A DNA stretch of 63,183 bases, the filler included, from Octopus bimaculoides (lineage: Eukaryota), in assembly GCF_001194135.2 (NCBI RefSeq). It is 4 parts of 4 records of this genome, joined end to end, with 100 filler letters (N's around TTAATTAATTAA, not from the genome) between each part and the next. Parts side by side here need not be neighbours in the genome. Positions count along the whole stretch, not along the records: positions 32,161 to 55,405 come from NC_068994.1; positions 55,506 to 63,183 come from NC_068985.1; 2 more parts are not named here. One strand, written 5' to 3'. Of this stretch, positions 48,640 through 61,398 are shown one piece after another (positions within the stretch are counted from its first letter, which is position 1; every line of letters begins with the position of its first letter). The position numbers and the translations under genes were made by a program. The notes under the pieces were generated by a model, which did no database searches, was not told the origin of the DNA, and saw nothing but the letters and a program-made list of their open reading frames with translations.

Positions 48640-51573
48640 GTTGGTATACTGTTTTTCTGCTTGTAGGGGGCATTGAACAGGGAGTGGGAGTGTGGGATGA
48701 GTGTTGGTGGTTGAAGCTGGGTGGTTTTGGTGGGTTGTTGCTATGGTGATGATAGTGATTGGTGGTGGGCAGTGGCAGTTGTAGTGGTGGTGTTGGTGGT
48801 GGTGGTGGCAGCGGCGGCGATGGCAGCTATAGTAGTGATAGTGCTGGTAGTGGTGGTAGGGATTGCTAGTGGTTGTGATGATTGAGATGGTTGGTGGTGG
48901 TGGTGGTGGTGGTGATAGTGTTGTTGACTATAAGGGGTTGTGTGTCTTTGGATTTCATTTCCAATGACATGCATTTAGGTTCAGTCCCACTGTGTGCTAC
49001 CTTGGGCAAGTGTTTTGTAAGGCCTCAAGCTCACCAGGCGAAATGGAAACTGTACAGAAGCCCTTTATGCTTATGTACATACATGATTTCACACAAATAC
49101 ACACATCGTTTATCTTTTACTTGTTTCAGTCATTTGACTGTGGCCATGCTGGAGCACCACCTTGAAGAATTTTAATCGAATATATTGATCCCAGTACTTT
49201 TTTTTTTTTTTTTTTGCTTAAACCCTAGTACTTATTCTATTGGTCTCTCTTGCAAAATGGAGATTTAAAAATGAGGTCATCTGATAAGACACATCTGCAC
49301 CTATGATGTGCCACAACTGTTTCTGCATCTCATGATCATAGTGAATAATAAAGGGTCTTGTGAATTTCTTTTTCTTTCTTTCATATATTTTCAAAACTCA
49401 ACAGAGATGAAGGAATTCCAAAAGTAAATCCAGTGGCATATACCTCCATACTGTTGTTGACATCAGGTAGCCGAATATTGTGAACAGGCTTTAAATGGCA
49501 TACTAATAGGTGTATACCTGAACATAAAATTATTACTTATATATAGGCACAGGAGCGGCTGTGTGGTAAGTAGCTTGCTTACCAACCACACGGTTCCGAG
49601 TTCAGTCCCACTGCGTGGCACCTTGGGCAAGTGTCTTCTACTATAGCCTTGGGCCGACCAAAGCCTTGTGAGTGGATTTGGTAGACGGAAACTGAAAGAA
49701 GCCCGTCGTATATATATATATATATATGTGTGTGTTTGTGTGTCTGTGTTTGTCCCCCTAGCATTGCTTGACAACCGATGCTGGTGTGTTTATGTCCCCG
49801 TAACTTAGCGGTTCGGCAAAAGAGACCGATAGAATAAGTACTAGGCTTACAAAGAATAAGTCCTGGGGTCNNNNNNNNNNNNNNNNNNNNNNNNNNNNNN
49901 NNNNNNNNNNNNNNNNNNNNNNNNNNNNNNNNNNNNNNNNNNNNNNNNNNNNNNNNNNNNNNNNNNNNNNNNNNNNNNNNNNNNNNNNNNNNNNNNNNNN
50001 NNNNNNNNNNNNNNNNNNNNNNNNNNNNNNNNNNNNNNNNNNNNNNNNNNNNNNNNNNNNNNNNNNNNNNNNNNNNNNNNNNNNNNNNNNNNNNNNNNNN
50101 NNNNNNNNNNNNNNNNNNNNNNNNNNNNNNNNNNNNNNNNNNNNNNNNNNNNNNNNNNNNNNNNNNNNNNNNNNNNNNNNNNNNNNNNNNNNNNNNNNNN
50201 NNNNNNNNNNNNNNNNNNNNNNNNNNNNNNNNNNNNNNNNNNNNNNNNNNNNNNNNNNNNNNNNNNNNNNNNNNNNNNNNNNNNNNNNNNNNNNNNNNNN
50301 NNNNNNNNNNNNNNNNNNNNNNNNNNNNNNNNNNNNNNNNNNNNNNNNNNNNNNNNNNNNNNNNNNNNNNNNNNNNNNNNNNNNNNNNNNNNNNNNNNNN
50401 NNNNNNNNNNNNNNNNNNNNNNNNNNNNNNNNNNNNNNNNNNNNNNNNNNNNNNNNNNNNNNNNNNNNNNNNNNNNNNNNNNNNNNNNNNNNNNNNNNNN
50501 NNNNNCGGGAATATTCAGCTTGACACTGTGTGACAAGGCTGACCCTTTGAATTACAGGCAGAACAGAAACAGGAAGTAAGAGTGAGAGAAAGTTGTGGTG
50601 GAAGAGTACAGCAGGGTTCACCACCATCCCCTGCCGGAGCCTCATGGAGCTTTTAGGTGTTTTCGCTCAATAAACACTCACGATGCCCGGTTTGGGAATG
50701 GAAACCGCAATCCTATGACTGCGAGTCCGCTGCCCTAACCACTGGGCCATTGCGCTTCCACCGTATAGTTAATCATAAATAAGACATGTATATGAGAATA
50801 AAAAAAAAAAAAAGAAAAATTTATTTTGATAAGTGTATAATGAGCTGGTATTATTCTTGCAATTGGATTCTGTCAAACTGTCCAACCCTTGCCAGCATGG
50901 AAGAAGAATGTTAAACGATGATGATATGTATATAGATAGATAGATAAATATGTACATACATGCGTGTGTATGTAGAGGAAATGCAAGTAGTATACATCGA
51001 GTGACATATATTAATAGGTATGTACAATGTGTGCTCAGATCAGATTACCACTACAACTCAGGCTTGAAGTGCAAATGGGAACGAAGTGTTGAAATTGCCT
51101 ATCCAAGGCAGCTACAAGTGGTTCCTGATTCCACAGGTGTAAATAGATCAAAATTGGAAGGTGGACAGGCATTTGACATATAGATATGTTTTTATATATA
51201 TATATATATATATGATAAAGGTTATGAAGGGTAATGGAGTCAACCAGACCCTAAAAATACAGGTACTACCGAGTAAGTGCTGTATACCATCTAGTTTTGC
51301 CCCAAATGTGGTTGTAACATGAATGGGGAATATAACATGGGTCGTGTATTAGAATGTGTATATATAAAAAAGAAGAATGAGATCAAGAGACCAATGGCAT
51401 AAGTAAATTTACTTATGTCATTGGTCTCTTGATTTCATTCTTTTTTACATATCATCATCATCATCATCATCATCATCGTTTAACGTCCGCTTTCCATGCT
51501 AGCATGGGTTGGACGATTTGACTGAGGACTGGTGAAACCGGATGGCAACACCAGGCTCCAATCTAATATATAT

Positions 51574-51820
51574 ATTGGCAGGTTTGGAGGTGATGTACAG
51601 GAATTATATATTAGAAAAAATAATCAGGTACTCAGATATCTGGATGGTTGTATATTTACAGATTTTTATTCATATGTCACATGAATAGGTGCAAGCGCTA
51701 ATTTATAAAACATGTGACATATGAATAAAAATCTGTAAATGTACAACCATCCAGATATCTGAGTACCTGATTATTTTTTCTAATATATAATTCCTGTACA
51801 TCACCTCCAAACCTTCCAAT
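51574..51820. repeat. Long foldback inverted repeat (110-bp arms, 27-nt spacer)
   Basis: 51574-51683 versus 51711-51820: 108/110 complementary, embedded in (TA)n. Confidence 0.95.
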
Positions 51821-52106
51821 ATATATATATATATATATATACATACACACACACACAGATATAGTATGTTGATAGGATTATAATCCAAGCTGTCTTCATG
51901 AAGCACATATATTTATGACAGGCTTCTTTCAGTTTCCATCTACCAAATCCACCAACTTTGGTAGGCCTGTGTTTATAGTAGAAGACACTTGCCCAGGGTA
52001 CAATGCAGTGGTATTGAACCTAAAACCATGTGATTGAAAAGAAAGCTTATTTGTTAAATTTTCAATGAAATTCTTTTAAAGATTTTTGTTTTTCTCTTGT
52101 CAACAG

Positions 52107-52207
52107 CGGAGATCAGTAGAGCACTCTTACAGCAATATAACCAAGCAGAGTCGACCCGTCACCCGACTAACAAAGTCGGTTTATTAGAAATGCTGAGTGA
52201 CACAGAT
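52107..52207 (+). CDS. RTEL1: Probable RTEL1 exon 7 (EISRALLQQYNQAESTRHPTNKVGLLEMLSDTD)
   Basis: TCTTGTCAACAG acceptor, GTAAGT donor. Phase 1 start fits exon 6. GLL..L motif. The seven exons total 798 nt (266 codons) in one open frame. Confidence 0.72.
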
Positions 52208-52737
52208 GTAAGTAATTTCTTATTTCTTTATTGCCCACAAGGGGCTAAACATAGAGGGGACAAACAAGGACTGACAAAGGGATTAAGTCGATTACATCAA
52301 CCCCAGTGCGTAACTGGTACTTAATTTATCGACCCCCAAAAGGATGAAAGGCAAAGTCGACCTCGGCGGAATTTGAACTCAGAACGTAGCGGCAGACGAA
52401 ATACCGCTAAGCATTTCACCCGCCGTGCTAACGTTTCTGCCAGTTCGCCGCCGTAAGTAATTTCTTAATGAATAAGATAATGAAGGTGTTGCCTGAGTTA
52501 ATGATGGGTTCCTCTATGTGGTCATTCAACTTTTTAGAAACAGTAGCTAATTCTACCTCAAAAGCATACTCTTTAATCTTTAAAAACAAAATGGGAGACA
52601 TTGGATAATGTACTACTAGATAGACTGTACATAAAAATAAAAAAGGCAGGATAATCCTGGCTGGAATACCTTTGGTCAAAGATCTACTTGAACTGTTAGA
52701 TGTAGCAGCCAAATCTTCCTCAAATTTTCTACAATCT

Positions 52738-52962
52738 TTAACCCTTTAACATTCAGATTACTTTGTCAAATGTAATGCTTATTTATTCACATTATTTTGA
52801 ATTAGTCATACATTATCTGGCTTTGAAATTTCAATGATGTTATTGCTTGTGTTTAAAATGGCAGTGTTTGGTAGGTGTGAGAGGTCAGATCTGGCCAGTC
52901 TGAACATAAAACAGGAAGAATATTTGGGCTGGACATGGCCAGTTTAAATGCTAAAGAGTTAA
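52738..52962. mobile_element. TTAA-flanked MITE family 1 (piggyBac-like)
   Basis: TTAACCCTTTAACA...TGCTAAAGAGTTAA. Partial copies at about 32340-32447 and 39090-39320. Confidence 0.62.
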
Positions 52963-54424
52963 AAGAGATGGACAGACATGGCTGTGTGGTAAGAAGCTTG
53001 CTTCCCAACCACATGGTTCCAGGTTCAGTCCCACTGTGTGGCACCTTGGGCAAGTGTTTTCTACTATAACCTCGGGCTGACCAAAGCCTTGTGAGTGGAT
53101 TTGGTAGACGGAAACTGAAAGAAGCTCATCATGTGTGTGTCTTTCTGTATTTGTCTCCACCACTGATTGACAACTGGTGCTGGTTTGTTTACGTCCCTGT
53201 AACTTTGCAGTTCAGCAACAAAAGACTGATAGAATAAGTACCAGGCTTGAGGGGAAAATAATTAAGTCCGGGGTTGATTCATTCAACTAAAAATTCTTCA
53301 AGGCAGTGCCCCAGCATGGCCACAGTCTGATGACTAGACATGTACTCTTAGGTACACCATGCCTGAAATAAAGACAGGATGGTTGTAACTGGAATGCCTT
53401 GGATCATAGGGTTGCTTAACCTGATAGAAATAGGGATCAAATCTCCCTTAAACTCCCTTAAAAAATAGATACATTGGGTTATGTAGCCCAAGATAGACTT
53501 TGGAGGAAAATATAAAACATTTGTGGTTGGAATGTTTTTGATCACAGGTCTGCTTGATTTGCTAGAAACAGCAGCCAAATTTCCCTTGAGCTACATCCTG
53601 CTACTTACAAAATAGTGGACATTGGATAACGTAGTCCTAGATACACTGTGCCTTCCATCATAGGACTGCTTGACCTGCTAAAAGTAGCAACTAAAATCTT
53701 CCTTTGACCAACAACGAATTGTTTTATAAAGTGGATATGCAGGATGATGTAGTTCGAGATGGCAGAAAAAGTTGGATGGTCATGGCTAGATTGCTTTTGA
53801 TCATAGGTCTGCTTGACCAACTTGAAATAACAGCCAGACCTTCCTAACTTAGCATTCTACTATCTTAAAAATAGCAAACATTCTAGATTGACTATCACAG
53901 TTTGGTACTTGTTCTGTTGGTCTCTATACTGAATTGCTTAGTTACAAGGATGTAAACCAACCAATACTAGTTGTCAAGTGATGGTAGGAAGATATATACG
54001 GATACAGACACACATACACGTATATATACACACACTCACATACATACACATATTTTATTAATATTTGGCATGAGGATGGTGCCGAGCTGGCAGAATCATT
54101 AGCATGCTGGGCAAAATGCTTAGCAGCATTTTATTCGTCCTTACGTTCTGAGTTCAAATTCTGCCAAGGTCAGATATGTCTTTCAACCTTTCAGGGTTGA
54201 TAAGATAAGTACCAGTTGAGTACTGGGGTAGATGTAATCAACTTAACCCCTCCCTTGGAATTGCTGACCTTGTGCCAAAATTTGAAATTAATATTTGGCA
54301 GAAGTAACACTGACTGACTCAAGAGCCGAACCAAGTGTTTCATGCATTAGCTCTTATCAAACTAGTTACAAATTTAGTTTGTTGAGTTGTGACACAAAAC
54401 TCTCAGCCCTTGAATATGTATGTC

Positions 54425-54830
54425 TAAAGTTAGTCCAAAACTAATTTCTTGTTTTTTAACCCCCAGCTTTATTGTAAAACATCTCAGCAAGGAATATATA
54501 CTATTAACCAAAAATTTGACTATTCATTCCTCACATTTTTTCCCATAAGAAGCAGATCTATTTATTCTCGTAATATAGAATTCTGTAGTCTTGGAATCAA
54601 TGAATTCTTCAATGGTGTTTTTAAGATGTCTCTTTTATTATTGGAGACTGGCATCTGCAGGAATTTATTGATGTTTTTGGAAAAGATGTGGTCGATCAGT
54701 TGAAGAGGTGTCTGGACAAGTAAACTGAGTGATGTAGAAGTCTGCAACGCAGTTTGTTGAATTTCTGAAGAGTCATTTGCAAGATACGTGGTCAAGCATT
54801 GTCTTGGAGAAGAATTCGGCATTTTCACTG
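54425..54830 (-). mobile_element. Second mariner relic (Hsmar1/cecropia-like) with degenerate right TIR
   Basis: Frameshifted ILLQDNA*..MTLQKFNKL.. / PDTSSTD.. / KNTIEEFIDSKTTEFYITRINR....KKC. The end TTAGTCCAAAACTAATTTCTTGTTTT resembles the Hsmar1 TIR as recalled. Confidence 0.7.
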
Positions 54831-55025
54831 TTGCACCGATATGTGCGATACTGGATTTGCTAGCTAGTGTCGGTGAGGCTGTGTAGTTAAGAAGCTTGGT
54901 TCCCAACCACATGGTCTCAGGTTCAGTCCCACTGCATGGTACCTTGGGTAAGTGTCTTGAATAAGCCCAGGGTTGACCAAAACTTTTTACATGAATTTAG
55001 TTGATGGAAACTGAAAGAAATCATC

Positions 55026-55109
<84 letters not shown>

Positions 55110-55351
55110 ATTTGTTAAAGAGGACAACAAATGCTGAGGCAAAGCAAACATCTCAAGCCATGTCATGTCATCGTTTAACGTCTGCTTTCCATGCTAGCAT
55201 GGGTTGGACGATTTGACTGAGGACTGGTGAACCAGATGGCTGCACCAGGCTCCAATCTGATTTGGCAGAGTTTCTACAGCTGGATGCCCTTCCTAACGCC
55301 AACCACTCTGCACACGAGCCAGTCCAGCGGCACTGGCAATGACCTCGCTCG

Positions 55352-55382
<31 letters not shown>

Positions 55383-55405
55383 CACATACACACACACACA
55401 TATAC

Positions 55406-55505
55406 NNNNNNNNNNNNNNNNNNNNNNNNNNNNNNNNNNNNNNNNNNNNTTAATTAATTAANNNNNNNNNNNNNNNNNNNNNNNNNNNNNNNNNNNNNNN
55501 NNNNN
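55406..55505. other. Artificial scaffold spacer
   Basis: Identical 44 N + TTAATTAATTAA + 44 N. Confidence 0.97.
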
Positions 55506-56367
55506 TAGTATTCAAAGGTAGCGAGCTGGCAGAATCGTTAGCACGCCGGAAAAAATACGTTGCAGAATTTCGTCCGTTTTTGTGTTCTGACTTCAACTTT
55601 TGCCGAGGTCTACTTCACCTCCATCCTTTCGGGGTCGATAAATTAAGTACTCGTTGAGTGCTGAGGTCGATGTAAGCGACTTACTCCCCCCCCCTAAATT
55701 GCTGGCCTTGTGCCTAAATTTTAAATCAATTCACAAATAGTATTAAGGCAACAAGCTGCCAGCATTGTTACCGCACAGCAAAAATGCTTAGAGTAATTTT
55801 TTCCGAGTTCTGAGTTCAAATTCCACCAGGGTTGACTTCGACTTTAATACTTTCAGGATCGGTAAAATAAGTACCAGTTGTGTACTGGGCTTGATGTAAT
55901 AGACTAGCCCCCTACGAAAAATTTTCAGACCTTTTTGCTATTGTAGAAAGAATTTAGAAACAGTAGTAAAGCAGGGTGTAAGAGAATCGATACCATCCGG
56001 ATAGAAATACTTAACAGCATTTCTTCCGGCTCTTTACATTTCAAGTTCAAATACCAACGCTGTCGGCTTTGTTTTACATCTTTTCACAATCGTTAAAATA
56101 CGTACAAGTTGAATACTGGCGTCCATATAATCAGCTTGCCCCATCCTTTAAAATTACTGACGCTGTGCCAACATCAGAAAGAATTTATAAATAACACTTC
56201 GATAGTGAAGTCTAGATTTAAAGATAGCAAAATTCGTTTTTATTACGATAATGCAGATTCACACCTGATCTGACACGTTTTTGCAATATTTCACTTTTAC
56301 GAAAACAATTCTACTTTTTAGAATCTCGGTTTAGCACAATATCAATCTCTTTTAAAAATACTTAAAA

Positions 56368-56499
56368 CAGTCATGGGCAAACCACGGCCTGTGGATCTCT
56401 GTGAAAGGCATGTCAACGAAAATTTAGTAGTGCGGCCTGCCTGGTGATGAGCTATATCACATGCGGCCCACTTCTGGAAAAAAAAATTGCCCATACCTA
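56368..56499. mobile_element. Possible hAT-type MITE
   Basis: CAGTCATGGGCAAACCACGGCC...TTGCCCATACCT imperfect TIRs with internal GCGGCC motifs. No TSD retained. Confidence 0.45.
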
Positions 56500-57324
56500 G
56501 GATAAGAAGGATAAGGATCCTTCCCGAGTCACATCGATCCATTGGGACGGTTTCCGTGGCGTATATATTCCCCATCTGGACGAGACATTGGCCCATCGCA
56601 GGTTTACTCGTTGTTACCAGCTGAGTGGACTGGAGCAACGTGGAATGAAGTGTTTTACTCAAGAACACAACGCATCGCCCGGCCCAAGAATCGAAACCAC
56701 AATTTTACAATGATAAAGGCCATTTTCCTGGCCATACTCACGTATGATTCTGTGTCATGAGTCGCATGTCCCAGACCCCTTTTTGAAATGGCGTATCTAG
56801 AGTGTGTGCCGTCCGGTACAATCGTTAATTTCTGTGCCTAACGCCCGCCTCCTTCTACACAGGTGTATACAACACACCCAAATGTGCCTTTCCCACAAAA
56901 GTGCTGCTGGAGGAGGTTTAGTGCCAGCAGCACAGGACCAAGAATATAATATTCCTTGCAGTCGCTGTGACTGAGCCTACCTGCTGTTTATCAGTTAGCC
57001 TGGAGACCTCCCTCATGAATATTCTGACACGAAACTAAGACACAAATGGATATAGCTGGGTATAAGCACGTATCTACGTATGCGTACATGTATGCATGTA
57101 TGCATGCATAATTGTATGTGCGTATGTCTTTGTGCTCGAACGTATATATACTTCAAGTTATTCTTTATTAAATTAAAATTATATAGTGAAGACATGTTTA
57201 CATTGTAGAAAAGCGAAACGCGTATATATAAAAATGTATATTTCATATGTGCACGGTTCACTGTGAGGCGCACACTCATCCGCAACCACCCACACGCACA
57301 TACTCGCAAAAACACACACATACA

Positions 57325-57442
<118 letters not shown>

Positions 57443-57800
57443 CATACACATATGCACTCGCACATATGTATGTGTGTGTATATAAATGTATATGTGTGTG
57501 TTTATAGATATATATATATATATGTATATATGTATATGCATACATACATACATACATACATACATACATACATACACATACGCAGATAGATTCATACAGA
57601 TGTTACGCTGTGAAATAAATGTATCTCGATGAATATTCCAGCTGTTAGATGAAGGGAACCAAGGAATCGCTGAATTATAGTCTAAGTGGCTGATATTGCA
57701 CAGACACTTGTATCCTTAACATAATCCACAGGCAGAAACAGCGTGATACTCTGTATGACAAGGCTGGTTCTTTAAATTACACGTACATCAACAAACACTT

Positions 57801-57882
<82 letters not shown>

Positions 57883-59021
57883 AGCACATTTACATACGTA
57901 TGTGTGTATATTATTTATATATGTATGCCTATATATATGTATGCATGTGTGCGGAAAATATATATATCGTATATAAGATATTTATTTATACTCATACATA
58001 AACAAATGACTAAGTAAACTCATATATTTGTGTGTGTGTATATGTAAATATGCGTATGCATTTACATATATTTATGTATATACGTATATAGATAGATACA
58101 CACACATGTACATACATACACACACACACATACACATATATATATATATATATGTGTGTGCGTATGTGTGTGAGAGAGAGTATTGTATTTTGCCTGAAGC
58201 ATTGCAATATTTGTAAATAAGAGAAATGTTTGCAGAAACCTTTGCGCAATGCATATGAGGAGTTATGCAAAATGTGTAAAGTGGTGTCAGTGAAGGAAAG
58301 AAAAAGAGAAAAAGAAAAAAAAACAATTAAAGAGGTATGGTGATAGTTGTACGTTAAGTTGTTTGGTGAGCCGATAAATATTTCGGGAAAGCTTCCCTAT
58401 TTCAAATAGTAGAAAGAAAATAATCCGAGAAGTTCTTAAAATACTTATCTACTGAAAAACTTTACCGTAAATTTCAGCTCTTGTTCAGAAACATTTCCCA
58501 TCGTTCCTTTACATACCTGCAGTAATTTGTCATACCTCATCACCTTCGGTTGTTGGTGTTACCATAACACACTATATGCTGCAACTTATACGACTCAACT
58601 CAACCAGCAAGAACTGCTAATACAGCAATTCCAGCAATGCCTTTCGTCACAGCACATTAGAATGGTTTGCCGTTAACAGCACATTTCTTTTTGAACGCTC
58701 TGATTATTTTCTTTCTTCATTCTATATGTGGGGATTTTTTTCCTGAAATGTTATAGGATCATTAAACAATCTATTTAGGGGAATATGATATCTTTCCTCT
58801 TTGTTTTTATTCATTGACATCACATTACATGTTTTTTTTTAACACTTCACCTGCATGGCTCAAATGTTTTTGTAAATATTTATTGCATAAACATACGCAC
58901 ACACATATACATATATATGTGTTTGTACATAAATAATTATGTATGTCTATGTGCTTGATAGATAGATAGAGAGACAGAAACAGCGACAGAGACAGACAGA
59001 GAGGAGGGATCTCAAATACAT

Positions 59022-59061
<40 letters not shown>

Positions 59062-60283
59062 ATTAAATCCATGACGATATTCGTCGAAGCCTGCAGTGAC
59101 AGATACCATGAGTCATTGAGACACTGAATTCTAACTGCATCATACTGCTAAATATCCGTAAAGCGAGTATAAAAATGTCAACACAAAACGAAAGGAAGTG
59201 AAGAGAGACAAAAATAAATGCAAGCTTCACCGTTACTCAATATTTTTAAAATTCTGAAATGGCCGATCTTATGTGAAGTCAATTTTCAAGAAATGGAATA
59301 GAGTCATGAGAAATAGTTTCCGATAAAAGATACACTTGAGCTTCACATTACTTGTCTAAATTCGTTTACATATGAAATTTGATCAATGAAAAATTTAAAA
59401 CTAATTGAATTACTTAGTTTCTTTTTCCTGCTTCTCTAACAAGACGAGTAAAATTGAAAGAAGCACGTCATAATATATATATATATATACACACATACAT
59501 GTAAGACTAGTAATTATTCTATCGGTGTGTTTTGCCGAACCGCTAAGTTACGGGAATATAAACACACCAGCATCGGTTGTCAAGCGATGGTAGGGGAGGG
59601 ACAAACACAGACACACAAACATATACACACACATACATACACATACACACACATATGTATTATATATATTCGACGGGCTTCTTTCTGTTTCCGTCTACCA
59701 AATCCACTCACAAGGCTTTGGTCGGTCATACTTTGAAATTCCTCATCTGAAAGCCTCCATGCATGTTTTGCATGTATACATATTTTGCATTTAATACACA
59801 AACTAATATATTCAATATATTTGATTATCTAATTTGTTTATCCGCATAATTGCCCCNNNNNNNNNNNNNNNNNNNNNNNNNNNNNNNNNNNNNNNNNNNN
59901 NNNNNNNNNNNNNNNNNNNNNNNNNNNNNNNNNNNNNNNNNNNNNNNNNNNNNNNNNNNNNNNNNNNNNNNNNNNNNNNNNNNNNNNNNNNNNNNNNNNN
60001 NNNNNNNNNNNNNNNNNNNNNNNNNNNNNNNNNNNNNNNNNNNNNNNNNNNNNNNNNNNNNNNNNNNNNNNNNNNNNNNNNNNNNNNNNNNNNNNNNNNN
60101 NNNNNNNNNNNNNNNNNNNNNNNNNNNNNNNNNNNNNNNNNNNNNNNNNNNNNNNNNNNNNNNNNNNNNNNNNNNNNNNNNNNNNNNNNNNNNNNNNNNN
60201 NNNNNNNNNNNNNNNNNNNNNNNNNNNNNNNNNNNNNNNNNNNNNNNNNNNNNNNNNNNNNNNNNNNNNNNNNNNNNNNNNNN

Positions 60284-60320
<37 letters not shown>

Positions 60321-61181
60321 TACGTGTATGTGTGTGTGTGTGTGTGTATGAGTGAGGGAGAGAAAGGGAGAGAGGGGGAGTGGGTGAGAGAGAAGGACAG
60401 AGACAGACAGACAGACAGACAGATAGACTGTCAGAGGTGGGAGGATTAGAACATAAAGACGTAACGATAGGCAACGTGAGACGCTGCCCACAACATATAT
60501 CATTCGGTGTATCACCAACGTAACTTTTTCTTTTCCGACAATGCGTCCTCTATTTTTTAAGTGCGACACACAACTATTAACAAACTAACAAACAAACAAA
60601 CACATCAACAAAACAAACAAACACTTACATCCAGTGCATATGGCATGCATAGGTGGATCGGTGCTTGTACTTATTTATTCGTTTGTTTATTTATTCGTTT
60701 ATTTATGTTTCCTTCTCTTTCGTGTTTGGGAAGTGATGATAGGGAGCGTCGAATGTTTGTTTGTCTGATTGAAAGACGGATTAAAATACAAGTTGTTTAC
60801 TGTTATTGCATTATCTTTTGTTATTTTATGCCTTTTACTTGGATGTATCATGAAAATTAATCTAAATAAATTTACTTCAATACTATTTGATTTTATCTAC
60901 CCCGTGCTCCGTGGAGGTGTAATGGCCCAATGGTTATGGCAACGGACTCGCGGTCATAGAATTGCAGTTTCGATTCCCAGACTGGGCCTTATGAGTGTTT
61001 ATTGAACGAAAACACCTAAAAAGCTCCACGAGGCTCCGGCAGGGGATGGTGGCGAACCCTGCTGTACTCTTCCACCACAACTTTCTCCCACTCTTACTTC
61101 CTGTTTCTGTTGTACCTGTAATTCAAAGGGTCAGCCTTGTCACACTGTGTCACGCTGAACATCCCCGAGAAATATACATAC

Positions 61182-61219
<38 letters not shown>

Positions 61220-61221
<2 letters not shown>

Positions 61222-61398
61222 TGAACAGGGTAAGCTAAACCTATTTTGCAGAAAAAAGTGTAGGCGGCCAGCTATGAGACTCGAACTCACACCTCCGTGA
61301 TTACGCGTCACGGTGCTCTAGACCGGGTGTGAGATCGAGTCTCATAGCTGGCCGTCTACACATTTTCTGCAAAATAGGGGTATCTTATCCTGTTCAGG
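61220..61398. mobile_element. Foldback element centred on a tRNA-like half
   Basis: ~74-bp arms (61220-61293 and 61326-61398, about 89% complementary). TA-rich flanks. The minus strand carries anticodon-like arm, T arm and acceptor strand. Confidence 0.75.

Noticed and set aside
51200-51360. Possible LINE zinc-knuckle (CPKCG...LEC)
   Set aside because: Several in-frame stops and no conserved His. Insufficient evidence.
58515-58680. Minus-strand donor-like sites (CAG|GTATGT, GAG|GTATGA) suggesting an exon
   Set aside because: No open frame with recognisable homology and no convincing acceptor. A UTR exon cannot be excluded without RNA data.
61267-61324. Functional tRNA gene
   Set aside because: The 5' acceptor/D-arm half and A box are replaced by an inverted repeat, and the anticodon loop lacks U33. 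Reported as a foldback element instead.
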